Notes: generated from the sequence alone by a model not told the origin. DNA of 64,000 nt from an uncultured archaeon (GCA_938083505.1 CALKCF010000002.1:143065-207064), one strand, 5' to 3'. Counted from the first letter of the stretch, positions 32,033 to 41,980 are shown. Numbers and translations are program-made.

Positions 32033-32709
32033 CGCTTCCTCGTCCCCCTCTCCACGTATCTTCCTCTCGATTTTATTTCCTTAACTTTTTCCAAGACTTC
32101 GTGTATCATGTCACCTAAAACTGTCTTGTAACCTTCTAAGAAATGCTGCATGAACCTATCCCTTACGCCGTAATGGGTGCTTTGAAGAGACCTGTCAAGT
32201 AGGTGGATGTCGACGGCAAACTCCTCGATGTCCTTAGTGAAAGTGGCCAAGCCGAAGTCAATGAGGTAGGGATTCATTTGCTCGTCAACTATCACATTAG
32301 AGAGCGTTAGGTCACCATGTGCTATACCACCGTTGTGCAGCATACCTGTAAGAACGCCAACTTGTCTTGCAAGCAGCGATAGAGCTTCTTGGTTTAAGTT
32401 CCCTATGATGTTCCTCGCCTCTACGCCGCGTATCCTTTGCATGTATATCGTCGCGTCTTCTAGATCCACGAGGATTACCACCGGACATGCCACACCATGC
32501 TTTTTGGCCTCGGAGATTATTCTTGCCTCGGAGGCTGTCCTTTGCATCCTTATCTCTTTGTCAAGTAATGGGTGCCTGTAAATTTTGGGTATCCTCCTCT
32601 TAGCCACGAGTTCTATACCGTTCCAGTTCAACGTATATATCGTTGCCTCAGCACCAAGTCTTATAATCGCCGTAGGTTCCCCTAATCTCAACAACCCAGC
32701 ATCACTCAA
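32029..32709 (-). CDS. bud32: KEOPS kinase Bud32
   Basis: GAEA, YRHP.LD, HGDLT.SN, IDFGL, RGRY. Confidence 0.94.
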   Translation of the reverse strand: MSDAGLLRLGEPTAIIRLGAEATIYTLNWNGIELVAKRRIPKIYRHPLLDKEIRMQRTASEARIISEAKKHGVACPVVILVDLEDATIYMQRIRGVEARNIIGNLNQEALSLLARQVGVLTGMLHNGGIAHGDLTLSNVIVDEQMNPYLIDFGLATFTKDIEEFAVDIHLLDRSLQSTHYGVRDRFMQHFLEGYKTVLGDMIHEVLEKVKEIKSRGRYVERGTRKR

Positions 32710-33694
32710 ACCATCTGACTTCTATCTCATCTATCCTTATCCTAGGCTTAATCCTGCTGTCCTCAACGTCAACCGTCATGCCAGACATGAGTTGCAGGAC
32801 ACCGTTCCAAGCTATCATCGCACCGTTATCTCCGGCATACTCATCGGATATTGTGTAAACTTTGGCTCCGCGTTCCTTTGCCATGATCTCGAGCATACTC
32901 TTTAGTCTTTTGCTCCTTGCAAGACCACCGACCACAAGTATCTCATTTTTTGCAGTATAGGCAACGGCCCTCTCGGTCACCTCGGTCAGCATGCTGTACA
33001 CAGTTTCTGTCAAACCATAGCACACGTCTTCCAGCGCGACTCCTTGCTTAAGCTTCAAAAGGGCAGCAGTCAGCAGACCTGAGAAGGATACATCCATACC
33101 CTTAACAGTGTAGGGAAGTTGGACGAACGACTTTGCTCTTTCAGCTACAAGTTCTGGTATCGGCATGGGCCCTATGCCTGCTTTTATGCCGAAAGTGTCG
33201 AGACAGTTACCAGCCGCTATGTCCAACGTTTCACCGAATATCCTGTACCTTCCCGCGTTAAATGCAGCTATCAACGTGTTACCACCGGCCACGTAAAGGA
33301 CCACTGGATCTCTGCAACCTGTGACCAATCTTCCAATCTCAATATGGGCAACGCCGTGATTCACCGCTATGAGAGGCTTATTAAGGCTAAGGGCAAGCGT
33401 CCTGGCAATTGTTGCGCCGGTCCTTAAGCAAGGGCCGAGACCGGGACCGACAGAGAACGCTATGCCGTCTAACTCACCAAGAGAGATCCCTGCTTTTGAT
33501 ATACCAGCTCTAAGGGTCTCAGGAGCTACGCGTGTGTGGTGCTGCGCCGCCTCCCTCGGATGTATGCCACCTTTGGAAGGCCTATAGACCCTATTCTCGT
33601 TAGCCAATATCCGGCCGTCTGACGAGGCTATACCAACGCCGAAAGTGTGTGCTGTAGATTCTATACCTAGGACTATTTTCTTGTCGCCCTTCAA
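32702..33694 (-). CDS. kae1: KEOPS t6A synthase Kae1
   Basis: GIESTAHT, HPRE, GPGLGP, HGVAHIE, ETLD.A.GN, DNGAMIA; start moved to TTG 33694. Confidence 0.95.
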   Translation of the reverse strand: MKGDKKIVLGIESTAHTFGVGIASSDGRILANENRVYRPSKGGIHPREAAQHHTRVAPETLRAGISKAGISLGELDGIAFSVGPGLGPCLRTGATIARTLALSLNKPLIAVNHGVAHIEIGRLVTGCRDPVVLYVAGGNTLIAAFNAGRYRIFGETLDIAAGNCLDTFGIKAGIGPMPIPELVAERAKSFVQLPYTVKGMDVSFSGLLTAALLKLKQGVALEDVCYGLTETVYSMLTEVTERAVAYTAKNEILVVGGLARSKRLKSMLEIMAKERGAKVYTISDEYAGDNGAMIAWNGVLQLMSGMTVDVEDSRIKPRIRIDEIEVRWFE

Positions 33695-33812
33695 CCCACT
33701 TCTGGGAGAGATAATGGCTAAGATGTTTATCATCCTTATGAGCATCCAAACGACCAAAAGGGCAAAAAGACCCATTAAATGGTAGACAGGGATAAATCGT
33801 TGTAGACAGGAC

Positions 33813-35588
33813 ATGCGGCTGAGGCAGCCGATAGTAGTTGTGTTGGGACACGTTGACCATGGTAAGACAAGTCTACTTGATAAAATGAGGGGCACGCTGG
33901 TGGCGGCAAGGGAGGCTGGCGGGATAACACAACACATAGGCGCAAGCCTCTTTCCGCTCGACGCGATAATTTCGACGTGTAAAGCGCTACTCGGAGAGAT
34001 TAAGGTACAGCTGAAGGTTCCGGGCTTGCTCTTCGTTGACACACCAGGCCATGCGGCCTTTGCCAACTTGAGGAAAAGGGGGGGTTCAATAGCCGACTTA
34101 GCAATACTAGTCGTGGACGTGATGAAGGGAATACAGGAGCAGACACTTGAAAGTTTGGAACTGCTCAAGGTGAGGAAGACACCATTCGTCGTGGCCGTGA
34201 ACAAGATCGACTTGATACCAGGCTGGAAGTCTGTCGAGTACGAGCCCTTCCCTAAAGCATTCCAGAGACAGGGTCAAGCCGTGAAGGACGAGCTCGAACG
34301 AAGGCTCTACATGATGATCGGCGAGTTTGCAAGTCTTGGCTTTAGGGCGGACGTCTACACTAGGATTACATCATTCGCTACCACAGTCGCTATGGTCCCG
34401 GTGAGTGCTAAGAGCGGCGAGGGTACACCGGACTTACTTCTCGTACTTTTAGGACTTGCTCAAGCGTTCATGAAAGACCAGCTTATCCTCCATGAGGATG
34501 CACCAGCAGAGGGGGTTGTGTTAGAGATAACAGAAGAGGAGGGGCTCGGTACAACAGTCAATGCAATAATATACGATGGTGTACTGAAGGTTGGTGACAG
34601 AATAGCTCTGCTCGGTCCAGCCGGTGCATTTACAACAAAAGTAAAAGCCATATTGATGCCGAAACCTCTCGATGAAATGCGAGACCCGAAGGATAGGTTC
34701 AAACCGATAGAGCGCGTCTTAGCCGCCGCTGGTTTAAAACTTGTGGCTGAGAAGTTGGACAAAACGTACCCGGGCTCGCCCATATATGCGATCGGTCGGA
34801 ATGAAAAAGAGATACTTGAAAGAATTACAAAAGAAGTGAGTGAGTTTAAGCTCTTTACAGACAAAGTGGGCATCGTGCTCAAGGCTGACACGCTTGGCTC
34901 ACTTGAAGCGGCTGTTAACTTTCTCCATGAAAGAGGAGTGCAGATAAGAGTTGCTGACATAGGTGAGTTATCAAAAAGGGATATAGTCGAAGCGGAAGTT
35001 GTCAGGACTAAGGATGAGCTATGCGGTGTTATTTTAGCGTTTAACGTTAAGGTCGACCCGGATCTTGAGCGTGAAGCCAACAGTAGAGGTATCAGAATCT
35101 TCAAATCAAATGTTCTCTTTAGACTTGTGGAAGAATATATGAATTGGGTGAGACAGGAGAAAGATAGGAGAGAGGCCATACAGTTCGAGTCTATCACGAA
35201 GCCTGGTAAGATAAGGATACTTCCGGGCTATGTGTTCAGGAGAAGCAACCCGGCCATAGTGGGTGTGGAAGTCTTAGGTGGAAGGATTAGACCAAAATAT
35301 GCGTTAATGAATTCTGATGGCAAGCACGTTGCTACGATATCACAAATACAGGACAGGGGTCAGAGCATACCTGAGGCCACAGTTGGCATGAGTGTCGCCA
35401 TCTCTATGAAGGAACCTACCGTTGGAAGACATGTGAAAGAAGGGGAGATACTTTACACAGTAATACCGGAAAACGAGGCGCGATTGCTCTTCAAGTCTTT
35501 TGCCAGTAGATTAACAGAAGACGAGAGGGCAGTACTCGACGAGATAGCCCAGATAATCAGGAAGAGCAACCCCCTTTGGGCCAGATAG
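33813..35588 (+). CDS. infB: translation initiation factor aIF5B (IF-2)
   Basis: GHVDHGKT, GGITQHIGA, DTPGH, NKID, KADTLGSLEA. Confidence 0.97.
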   Translation: MRLRQPIVVVLGHVDHGKTSLLDKMRGTLVAAREAGGITQHIGASLFPLDAIISTCKALLGEIKVQLKVPGLLFVDTPGHAAFANLRKRGGSIADLAILVVDVMKGIQEQTLESLELLKVRKTPFVVAVNKIDLIPGWKSVEYEPFPKAFQRQGQAVKDELERRLYMMIGEFASLGFRADVYTRITSFATTVAMVPVSAKSGEGTPDLLLVLLGLAQAFMKDQLILHEDAPAEGVVLEITEEEGLGTTVNAIIYDGVLKVGDRIALLGPAGAFTTKVKAILMPKPLDEMRDPKDRFKPIERVLAAAGLKLVAEKLDKTYPGSPIYAIGRNEKEILERITKEVSEFKLFTDKVGIVLKADTLGSLEAAVNFLHERGVQIRVADIGELSKRDIVEAEVVRTKDELCGVILAFNVKVDPDLEREANSRGIRIFKSNVLFRLVEEYMNWVRQEKDRREAIQFESITKPGKIRILPGYVFRRSNPAIVGVEVLGGRIRPKYALMNSDGKHVATISQIQDRGQSIPEATVGMSVAISMKEPTVGRHVKEGEILYTVIPENEARLLFKSFASRLTEDERAVLDEIAQIIRKSNPLWAR

Positions 35589-35642
35589 TTGAGACTTATT
35601 AAGAACCTATTAATTAACGAGTATAAACCTGGAGGTGCTTCA

Positions 35643-36053
35643 TTGTCGGAGAAGAAAGCCGGTCCTAGGCTCGTCCTGTCCGACCCGTCTACGGGTAAGG
35701 CGCAAACGCTTCAACTAATGCCGCAACAGTTTTCGCTATTCATAGGGAAGAAAATAGGCGATGAGTTAGATGGCTCGATACTTGGAAAGTCCGGCTTCAA
35801 AATCAGGATAACAGGCGGTACGGACGTAGACGGCTTTCCTATGAGACCGGATGTGAGCGGCCCGAGAAAAGTGAGGCTGCTCCTTTCTGGAGGAGTTGGC
35901 TTCCATCCAAGGGAAAAGCCGCCTTCTAAAAAGAAGAAGAAAAGGAATAGAAGGAAGAAGGGGGGGCTTAGAAAAAGGGTGACGGTGAGGGGGAACATGA
36001 TAAGCGATGCAATCGCACAAATAAACGCCGTCTTAATACCTGCAAGTGGGTGA
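35643..36053 (+). CDS. rps6e: ribosomal protein S6e
   Basis: ITGG.D.DGFPMRPD, RVTVRGN; SD GGAGGTG before TTG 35643. Confidence 0.93.
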   Translation: MSEKKAGPRLVLSDPSTGKAQTLQLMPQQFSLFIGKKIGDELDGSILGKSGFKIRITGGTDVDGFPMRPDVSGPRKVRLLLSGGVGFHPREKPPSKKKKKRNRRKKGGLRKRVTVRGNMISDAIAQINAVLIPASG

Positions 36054-36358
36054 TTCTCGTGATTAAGTTATCAATAGTTTCAGAATTTTACAACAAGTTG
36101 CTCCACCGGAAGGACATCAAGATGTTAGTAGATTATGATGGAGCAACACCTAAGAAGACTGAGTTGTTGAAGCTCATAGCTGATCACCTTAAAATACCGG
36201 ATGACAGGATAGCAATCGTTAAAATGGAGAACCTTTTTGGACAGCACAGGCTTGCAGTGCACTGTCACATCTACGACACGGCAGAAGACATGAAAAAGTA
36301 TGAGAGGGAGTATGTTTTAAAAAGGCAGGAGGTGGAAGTTTCTGGGAAGACAGGCTAA
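36050..36358 (+). CDS. rps24e: ribosomal protein S24e
   Basis: N.LLHRK, ATP, FG......HIYD, E.EYVL.R. Confidence 0.88.
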   Translation: MILVIKLSIVSEFYNKLLHRKDIKMLVDYDGATPKKTELLKLIADHLKIPDDRIAIVKMENLFGQHRLAVHCHIYDTAEDMKKYEREYVLKRQEVEVSGKTG

Positions 36359-36524
36359 GCTCTGGGCAAAGTACAAAATTGATGGTGGTAATCTGATGAG
36401 GAACATCTTATTCTGTCCAAGGTGCGGAATAGGTTACATCATGGCAGAGCATGCTGATAGGTACACCTGCGGTAATTGTCACTATACGGAGTTTAAGAGC
36501 AAGGACGAGGCGAAGAAAGCCTAA
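36342..36524 (+). CDS. rps27ae: ribosomal protein S27ae (not in the ORF track; probable CTG start)
   Basis: KYKI....FCPRCG.G.IMAEH.DRYTCG.CHYTEF zinc finger; SD GGAGGTG 7 nt before CTG. Confidence 0.9.
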   Translation: MGRQAKLWAKYKIDGGNLMRNILFCPRCGIGYIMAEHADRYTCGNCHYTEFKSKDEAKKA

Positions 36525-37066
36525 ACCTGCTCTTTCGCTTTTATGCTTTTTAGTATTGCGTATATTTCCTGCTTCTTATCTCTTGTGACGTTAACTGATA
36601 CCACGCCAACATTTGGTTGACCGTATATGACAATCGAGCCCAGTGGGGCTAGCAATATAGTAGGAAGTGTCAGCAAATCTTCTTCACCATCAACATAGAT
36701 TATGACCCTTCTCCCAGAATGAATTGCCTCCTTCAAAGCATTCACTGCCTTCGTAGATATCGTCCCTGCAGGATTCTCAGTAAAAATCTGCAAAGCAGCC
36801 TCATCGGTAAACCTATCTGAGGTCTTTCTCTCGACCTTCCCATCAACCACGTAAACGTCAGCGTAGATTCCAAACTTGCTCAGCTCCTTTGCGGAGAAGT
36901 CGCCGACTACTATTAACATCGTAGGTTTTCTTTCCTGTATATGTCTAACAAGCCTTTCCGTCGTTTCTGGTGGTTTGCCCTCAAAAAGCTTGCCTAAGGG
37001 TTTTCTAACCTTCTTCTTATCCTCGTCGCTGAAAATTATTTCCTCATTGAATTGATAGTTTGACAT
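36521..37066 (-). CDS. GTP-dependent dephospho-CoA kinase (DUF359)
   Basis: VGD, DGK..R, NPAGTI, VDGEEDLL.LP, YGQP..G. Confidence 0.9.
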   Translation of the reverse strand: MSNYQFNEEIIFSDEDKKKVRKPLGKLFEGKPPETTERLVRHIQERKPTMLIVVGDFSAKELSKFGIYADVYVVDGKVERKTSDRFTDEAALQIFTENPAGTISTKAVNALKEAIHSGRRVIIYVDGEEDLLTLPTILLAPLGSIVIYGQPNVGVVSVNVTRDKKQEIYAILKSIKAKEQV

Positions 37067-37096
37067 TTACTCACAAACACCAACTGGCATGCACTA

Positions 37097-37642
37097 TTAG
37101 ATTGTCATACTTTCTTTAGCGTGTCTAACACCTTCCATGAAAGCCCTCTCGTTAAGCTCTAAAGCTTTCGGAAATTTCCTCCCTATCACTTTAAGTAAGG
37201 ATTCACGCTTCACGATACCAGTAATTTCTGAGAACGCTCCGAGCATCACTATATTGGCAACTATCCTAATTCCGAGTTGCTCGGCTATCTTGGTGGCAGG
37301 TATGCCCACCATCTTTATTTCTTTAACCCTAGATACATTCACAAGCTCACTGTCATAGATGAGTAGCTTTTTAGGCTCTCTGTATTCCTTCCAACTTCTG
37401 TCTAATCCCTCCTGTGACATGACGATCAGTATATCGGGCTTTGTAATTAGTGGAAAATCTATCGGCTCATCCGACATCACAACATCTGCCCTCGACCACC
37501 CACCGACCTGTTCAGGCCCATAGGCTATGGTTAACACAGCGTCTTTCCCCTCCTCCAAGACCGCGGCCTCTCCGAGTATCTGTCCGCCCCTGATTATGCC
37601 TTGACCGCCAGAGCCGAATAAACTTATGTTCCACCTAACCAT
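37097..37642 (-). CDS. korC: 2-oxoacid:ferredoxin oxidoreductase gamma subunit
   Basis: GSGGQG, YGPE..GG.S, ANIVMLGA. Confidence 0.9.
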   Translation of the reverse strand: MVRWNISLFGSGGQGIIRGGQILGEAAVLEEGKDAVLTIAYGPEQVGGWSRADVVMSDEPIDFPLITKPDILIVMSQEGLDRSWKEYREPKKLLIYDSELVNVSRVKEIKMVGIPATKIAEQLGIRIVANIVMLGAFSEITGIVKRESLLKVIGRKFPKALELNERAFMEGVRHAKESMTI

Positions 37643-38495
37643 GCGACTTCATCTCCTTCATGATACCCTCTATCAATTTCCTCTCCATATCGTTGTATGA
37701 TGGTTTTTCCTTGTGAATGAAGTTTCCTATGATTATAGGCTTACCGGATTTCAAGTCTATATCAACTGTCCTAAGATCTGCTTCATGATTTATAACGCAC
37801 ATCTTCTTAAAGTATCTCATCATGTCGAGGCCTGTTGGAAAACTGTTATCTTTACCGTACTGCGTCGGGCACGGTGATAAAACTTCTATGAATGCTAAAC
37901 CATTTACTTTCATGGCCTTGAGCATTGCATCAGTTAGTTGACGTACGTGGAACGTCGTCCATCTCGCAACAAAAGGAGCGCCAAGCGATGCTGCTAAGAG
38001 CGGTATGTTGAACGGGTTGTCTATCGTACCATACGGTGCGGACGATGTCTTTGAACCGATAGGTGTTGTGGCCCCATGCTGCCCACCAGTCATACCATAA
38101 ATAAAGTTGTTAATCAGCACAACGTTGATGTCGTGATTCCTCCTGATAGCGTGTATGAAATGGTTCCCACCTATAGTAATTAAGTCACCGTCACCAGCTA
38201 TCACTGTTATTTCAAGCTCGGGTTTTACGATGTTCATACCTATCGCAAAAGGTATCGCCCTACCATGCGTAGTGTGGTATGAATCTATGTTTACGTAACC
38301 TGGAAGCCTCGAGGAGCAACCTATGCCGGACACGACCACGTGCCTTTCGGGCGGTATGCCGCTCTCTTTTATTGCTTTGATGTAACATTTCATCACGATA
38401 CCTATTCCGCAACCAGGACACCATATATGTGGCATCCTGTCAACCCTTATCAGGTCGTCATCAGGGTGCTTTTTCGCTAAAATTTCCTTAGGCAT
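37635..38495 (-). CDS. korB: 2-oxoacid:ferredoxin oxidoreductase beta subunit
   Basis: WCPGCG, SGIGCS, HGRA, GDGD TPP motif, YGMTGGQ. Confidence 0.93.
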   Translation of the reverse strand: MPKEILAKKHPDDDLIRVDRMPHIWCPGCGIGIVMKCYIKAIKESGIPPERHVVVSGIGCSSRLPGYVNIDSYHTTHGRAIPFAIGMNIVKPELEITVIAGDGDLITIGGNHFIHAIRRNHDINVVLINNFIYGMTGGQHGATTPIGSKTSSAPYGTIDNPFNIPLLAASLGAPFVARWTTFHVRQLTDAMLKAMKVNGLAFIEVLSPCPTQYGKDNSFPTGLDMMRYFKKMCVINHEADLRTVDIDLKSGKPIIIGNFIHKEKPSYNDMERKLIEGIMKEMKSHG

Positions 38496-38499
38496 GTCA

Positions 38500-39648
38500 T
38501 CACCTCGACACGGACCTGATCATATCGAGTATGATGTCCGGTGTTGGTACCGCGCCAGGAGCCCAACTTAAACCGACAACAATACATTCAGCGACCTCCT
38601 TTACTGGATGAATCATCTGACCCATGTTTATCTCAGGAACTACGAGTACCTTAGCTTGTTCACTTACCTTCTTTACGATCTCATCTGGAAAGGGCCATAA
38701 TGTTATTAACCTTAACATACCAGCCTTGATGCCTTCGGACCTTGCCATCTTAACCGCTTGATACGACGGTCTGGATGTTATACCGTAAGTTATCACAACA
38801 ATGTCAGCACCTTCCAACATGAAACGCTCCACTTCCCATATTTTCTTGGCGTTGTTCCTGACTTTCGACACCAGATGCTGCACACACCATGTTGAGACCT
38901 CATGTGTATAATGTGGGTAGCCCCTCTCATCGTGTGTCAGTCCAGTGACGTGTACCCTATAACCCATGCCGGCCAGCGCCATTGGCGGCACTTCGTATCT
39001 CGCATCAAACGGTTTGAAGTCTGGAATGCTTGGTGGAACACATGGTAGCTTCCTGTTCACTATCTTTATCTCCTCGTACGGAGGTATAACTAACGGGCCG
39101 TACATATGGCTGACGACTTGGTCGGCCAGCAAAATAACTGGCTGTCTGTACTCTTCTGATGCATTAAAGGCCTTTATTGTAAGATCAAACATCTCTTGAA
39201 CGCTATTTGGAACATACACTATAGCTTCGTAATCTCCGTGCGAGCCCCATTTGGCCTGCATCACGTCACCTTGCCCAACCAGCGTCGGTATACCAGTACT
39301 CGGACCACCTCTCTGAACGTTCACGACGACGCATGGTGTTTCTGTCATCATACCGAACCCTATACCCTCTTGCATCAATGAGAAGCCGGGACCAGAAGTA
39401 GCCGTCATGGATTTTATGCCAGCGTTCGACGCGCCTAGGACCGCCATGATGCTAGCTATTTCGTCCTCCATTTGTATGAAGTAACCACCTACTTGTGGAA
39501 GTCTGTAGCTCATCCACTCTAAAATCTCACTGGACGGTGTTATTGGGTATCCAGCGAAAAACCTGCAACCGGCTATCAGGGCAGCTTCAGCGCAAGCGAT
39601 GTTTCCTTGTATAAAATACTTCCCTGGAGGGAGCAGACGTTCCGTCAT
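38500..39648 (-). CDS. korA: 2-oxoacid:ferredoxin oxidoreductase alpha subunit
   Basis: AGYPITP, QMEDE, TSGPG, QRGGPSTG; start moved to ATG 39648. Confidence 0.93.
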   Translation of the reverse strand: MTERLLPPGKYFIQGNIACAEAALIAGCRFFAGYPITPSSEILEWMSYRLPQVGGYFIQMEDEIASIMAVLGASNAGIKSMTATSGPGFSLMQEGIGFGMMTETPCVVVNVQRGGPSTGIPTLVGQGDVMQAKWGSHGDYEAIVYVPNSVQEMFDLTIKAFNASEEYRQPVILLADQVVSHMYGPLVIPPYEEIKIVNRKLPCVPPSIPDFKPFDARYEVPPMALAGMGYRVHVTGLTHDERGYPHYTHEVSTWCVQHLVSKVRNNAKKIWEVERFMLEGADIVVITYGITSRPSYQAVKMARSEGIKAGMLRLITLWPFPDEIVKKVSEQAKVLVVPEINMGQMIHPVKEVAECIVVGLSWAPGAVPTPDIILDMIRSVSR

Positions 39649-39932
39649 GTATCCACCTCCTTTATAAATATTGCAAAATCTGGACAAAGTAGCTCACATA
39701 TTCTGCAAGCTACGCATGAATCCTCCTTACCAGGCTTGACTCTTGGATAATGAAAACCTTTGTAGTTTATATTCTCCGATTTTTGTAAGACGGAATACGG
39801 ACAGAATTCTATACAATACATACACTCTTTACACCTATCCGGTATAATATAGATAATACCCTTCGGGCGCTTGGGGGCCTTGTTGCTTAGGACCTTCTGT
39901 TCCAAAACCGGAATCTCTTGATGTTCTTCCAA
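39645..39932 (-). CDS. korD: 2-oxoacid:ferredoxin oxidoreductase delta (ferredoxin) subunit
   Basis: CKECMYCIEFCP and CVACRICELLCPDFAI. Confidence 0.9.
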   Translation of the reverse strand: MEEHQEIPVLEQKVLSNKAPKRPKGIIYIIPDRCKECMYCIEFCPYSVLQKSENINYKGFHYPRVKPGKEDSCVACRICELLCPDFAIFIKEVDT

Positions 39933-40003
39933 GGTATTTGCCCAAGAATAACTACCGTGCCCAAATGTAAAAAATTTACTTTCTCATAAACATAATTATG
40001 GTT

Positions 40004-40030
40004 TATATTGTACAATATACAATATTGTAT
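40004..40030. promoter_or_regulatory. overlapping palindromes in the divergent kor/regulator promoter (putative operator)
   Basis: TATATTGTACAATATA (40004-40019) and ATACAATATTGTAT (40017-40030) are perfect palindromes. Confidence 0.55.
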
Positions 40031-40040
40031 TGAAGTTAGA

Positions 40041-41045
40041 TTGGGAAAGAATAGCGTAGTTAGAGGACTCATTGCCCTTTTTGAAAACTTCTGTCCCCTT
40101 GAATGTAACGAAAATACATATACCTACAATCCGCCTTTCATGTTATTCAAAGCGAGTAATTCAATAATCCTTAGCGTGGACCCTTTTTGTGACCCAGTAG
40201 TAGAGCATGCGCTAAGTAGTGCTGGTGTGAAAATAACTCAAGGCAACTCTTACTTCTTATTAGCACCCCCTGCCCAAAAAACCCTTACGATGTTTGATTG
40301 GTTTGTGAGGCGTAGCTGGCATAAGGCAGAATATGCCGTAACTTGGTCTATACTGAATTTGTTAAAGGGAGCACCAGAGTGTCACTTAAACATTGAACAA
40401 GTATGCGAGCGGAGCGGGCTCGACCGAACAACATGCATAGGAGTTCTCAGCTCGCTCGGCATTAAGATAGAAAACGGCGGCTCTATCATTGCGTCGAGAG
40501 AGAAAATCATATCACTTATCGAAGAATTGGTGCGCAGACTACCAAGCTGGATAGAAGAGGGGGTCATGGATCTAATATGCTCCAACGTAAATGTTTCTGC
40601 CGCAGATGTAAATTCGTACTTGTCTTACTATGGCCTAAGCCCAAGTATGACGTATAAGATATTAAGAAAGCTAAAGTCAGAAGGTTGGATTAAGGTAATG
40701 AGGCATGTAAGAGTAAAGCCAAGGGGGCCGATGCGCGAGTTAATGTCTTCTGATTGTAGAAACTGCTTCTTTGGTTACTCATCCTCCGTTAATTGCTTTA
40801 AGGCAAGTTTCTACCAGCTTGAGAAGTTGGTAGAAAGGTTGATAGGCAGACCTATGAAGATGCACGAGGTTGAGGAACTATATCAAGAAATCAGTAAGCT
40901 ACCTTTTAGTGAAAGAACGTTAAGGTCTGTCAACAAGGCACTGGTTCTCGCACTACAATTTTCAGAAATGTCAAAAGAAAAGGGTGTCGCGACAGTACTT
41001 CGTAAACTGAGCGAGACTTTAAACTTTAAAATACTCGGCACATAG
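40041..41045 (+). CDS. putative multi-HTH transcriptional regulator with a Cys motif
   Basis: HTH-like LNIEQVCERSGLDRTTC and wHTH-like SPSMTYKILRKLKSEGWI, followed by CRNC...C; start uncertain (TTG 40041 preferred). Confidence 0.55.
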   Translation: MGKNSVVRGLIALFENFCPLECNENTYTYNPPFMLFKASNSIILSVDPFCDPVVEHALSSAGVKITQGNSYFLLAPPAQKTLTMFDWFVRRSWHKAEYAVTWSILNLLKGAPECHLNIEQVCERSGLDRTTCIGVLSSLGIKIENGGSIIASREKIISLIEELVRRLPSWIEEGVMDLICSNVNVSAADVNSYLSYYGLSPSMTYKILRKLKSEGWIKVMRHVRVKPRGPMRELMSSDCRNCFFGYSSSVNCFKASFYQLEKLVERLIGRPMKMHEVEELYQEISKLPFSERTLRSVNKALVLALQFSEMSKEKGVATVLRKLSETLNFKILGT

Positions 41046-41106
41046 TCTTGGAATGTTTAAGCACGTATCAAAAATCTTTTTAAGGTAACGTTCGTATAGT
41101 TAATTA

Positions 41107-41415
41107 TTGATGAATGCTTTAAGTAAATGTTGCAAAGATTGCAACTACTGGTCGCCTCTTGATGTCCTATCGACGCTTGGGGAATGTCGTAATATAAAAA
41201 GAAAGAAGTTTGGTAAAGTTGCCTTTTATGATGATGCTTCTTGTAAAGATTTCGAAGAGAGATGTTTCATCGAGTCAGAGTTCTACTGGTGCAAGGACTG
41301 CCGAACAACATTTTACCGCGAAGAGTTAAAAATGCACGAGGGGCACAAAGTATTTATTGACATCTCGACATTACCAGTTGAGGATATAATAGAGCATACG
41401 TTTGCAGGCGATTGA
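41107..41415 (+). CDS. small Cys/His-rich metal-binding protein
   Basis: CKDC..W.P.D...GECR...C..F...CKDC...H..H; overlaps porG. Confidence 0.7.
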   Translation: MMNALSKCCKDCNYWSPLDVLSTLGECRNIKRKKFGKVAFYDDASCKDFEERCFIESEFYWCKDCRTTFYREELKMHEGHKVFIDISTLPVEDIIEHTFAGD

Positions 41416-41980
41416 ATTGAAAAAGTTAGTTGAAGTAAGATTCCATGGAAGAGGCGGCCAAGGTGTTGTCACGGCCGCAAGATTATTGGCTGAAGCTTGT
41501 CTTTTAGAAAACAAGTATTCGCTCTCGTTCCCTGAATTTGGTCCCGAACGTTCCGGCGCTCCAGTGAGGGCGTACGTTAGGATATCCGATGAACCCATAG
41601 ACATTAGGTCTTTAGTCTATGACCCGGAAGTTGTTGTGTCAATAGACCCGAAAATATCCTCTTCTGTTGAAATAATTGCTGGGCTGGATGACGAAGGAGT
41701 CGTTGTCATAAACTCGAAGAACGTCAACAACGCTCTATTGGAGGCCCTATCTTCCAAACCGCAGGCAAAGTTGTTTTATGTGGATGCAAGGGGCATAGCT
41801 CTTTCCCTAGGTGATGTGAGGTTCGAAAACTCAGCGATTTTGGGAGCCCTAGCTAAGGCGACAGGAATCGTATCCTTAGCCTCGTTGGAATCCGTCCTAA
41901 GAACAAGGTTCAAAGGAGCCATTCTTGAGAATAACCTTAAAGCGATGCAGTTAGGATATGAGAAGGTGGGACAGGCCTAA
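41402..41980 (+). CDS. porG: pyruvate/ketoisovalerate:ferredoxin oxidoreductase gamma subunit
   Basis: EVRFHGRGGQG, FGPERSGAPV. Confidence 0.93.
   Translation: MQAIELKKLVEVRFHGRGGQGVVTAARLLAEACLLENKYSLSFPEFGPERSGAPVRAYVRISDEPIDIRSLVYDPEVVVSIDPKISSSVEIIAGLDDEGVVVINSKNVNNALLEALSSKPQAKLFYVDARGIALSLGDVRFENSAILGALAKATGIVSLASLESVLRTRFKGAILENNLKAMQLGYEKVGQA

Noticed and set aside
33695-34204. Long N-terminal extension of Kae1 in the ORF track
   Set aside because: Antisense shadow of infB; Kae1 homology starts near 33694
34460-35197. 245-aa antisense ORF, and similar shadow ORFs in rqcH and the S-layer gene
   Set aside because: Codon-bias shadows of well-supported genes on the opposite strand
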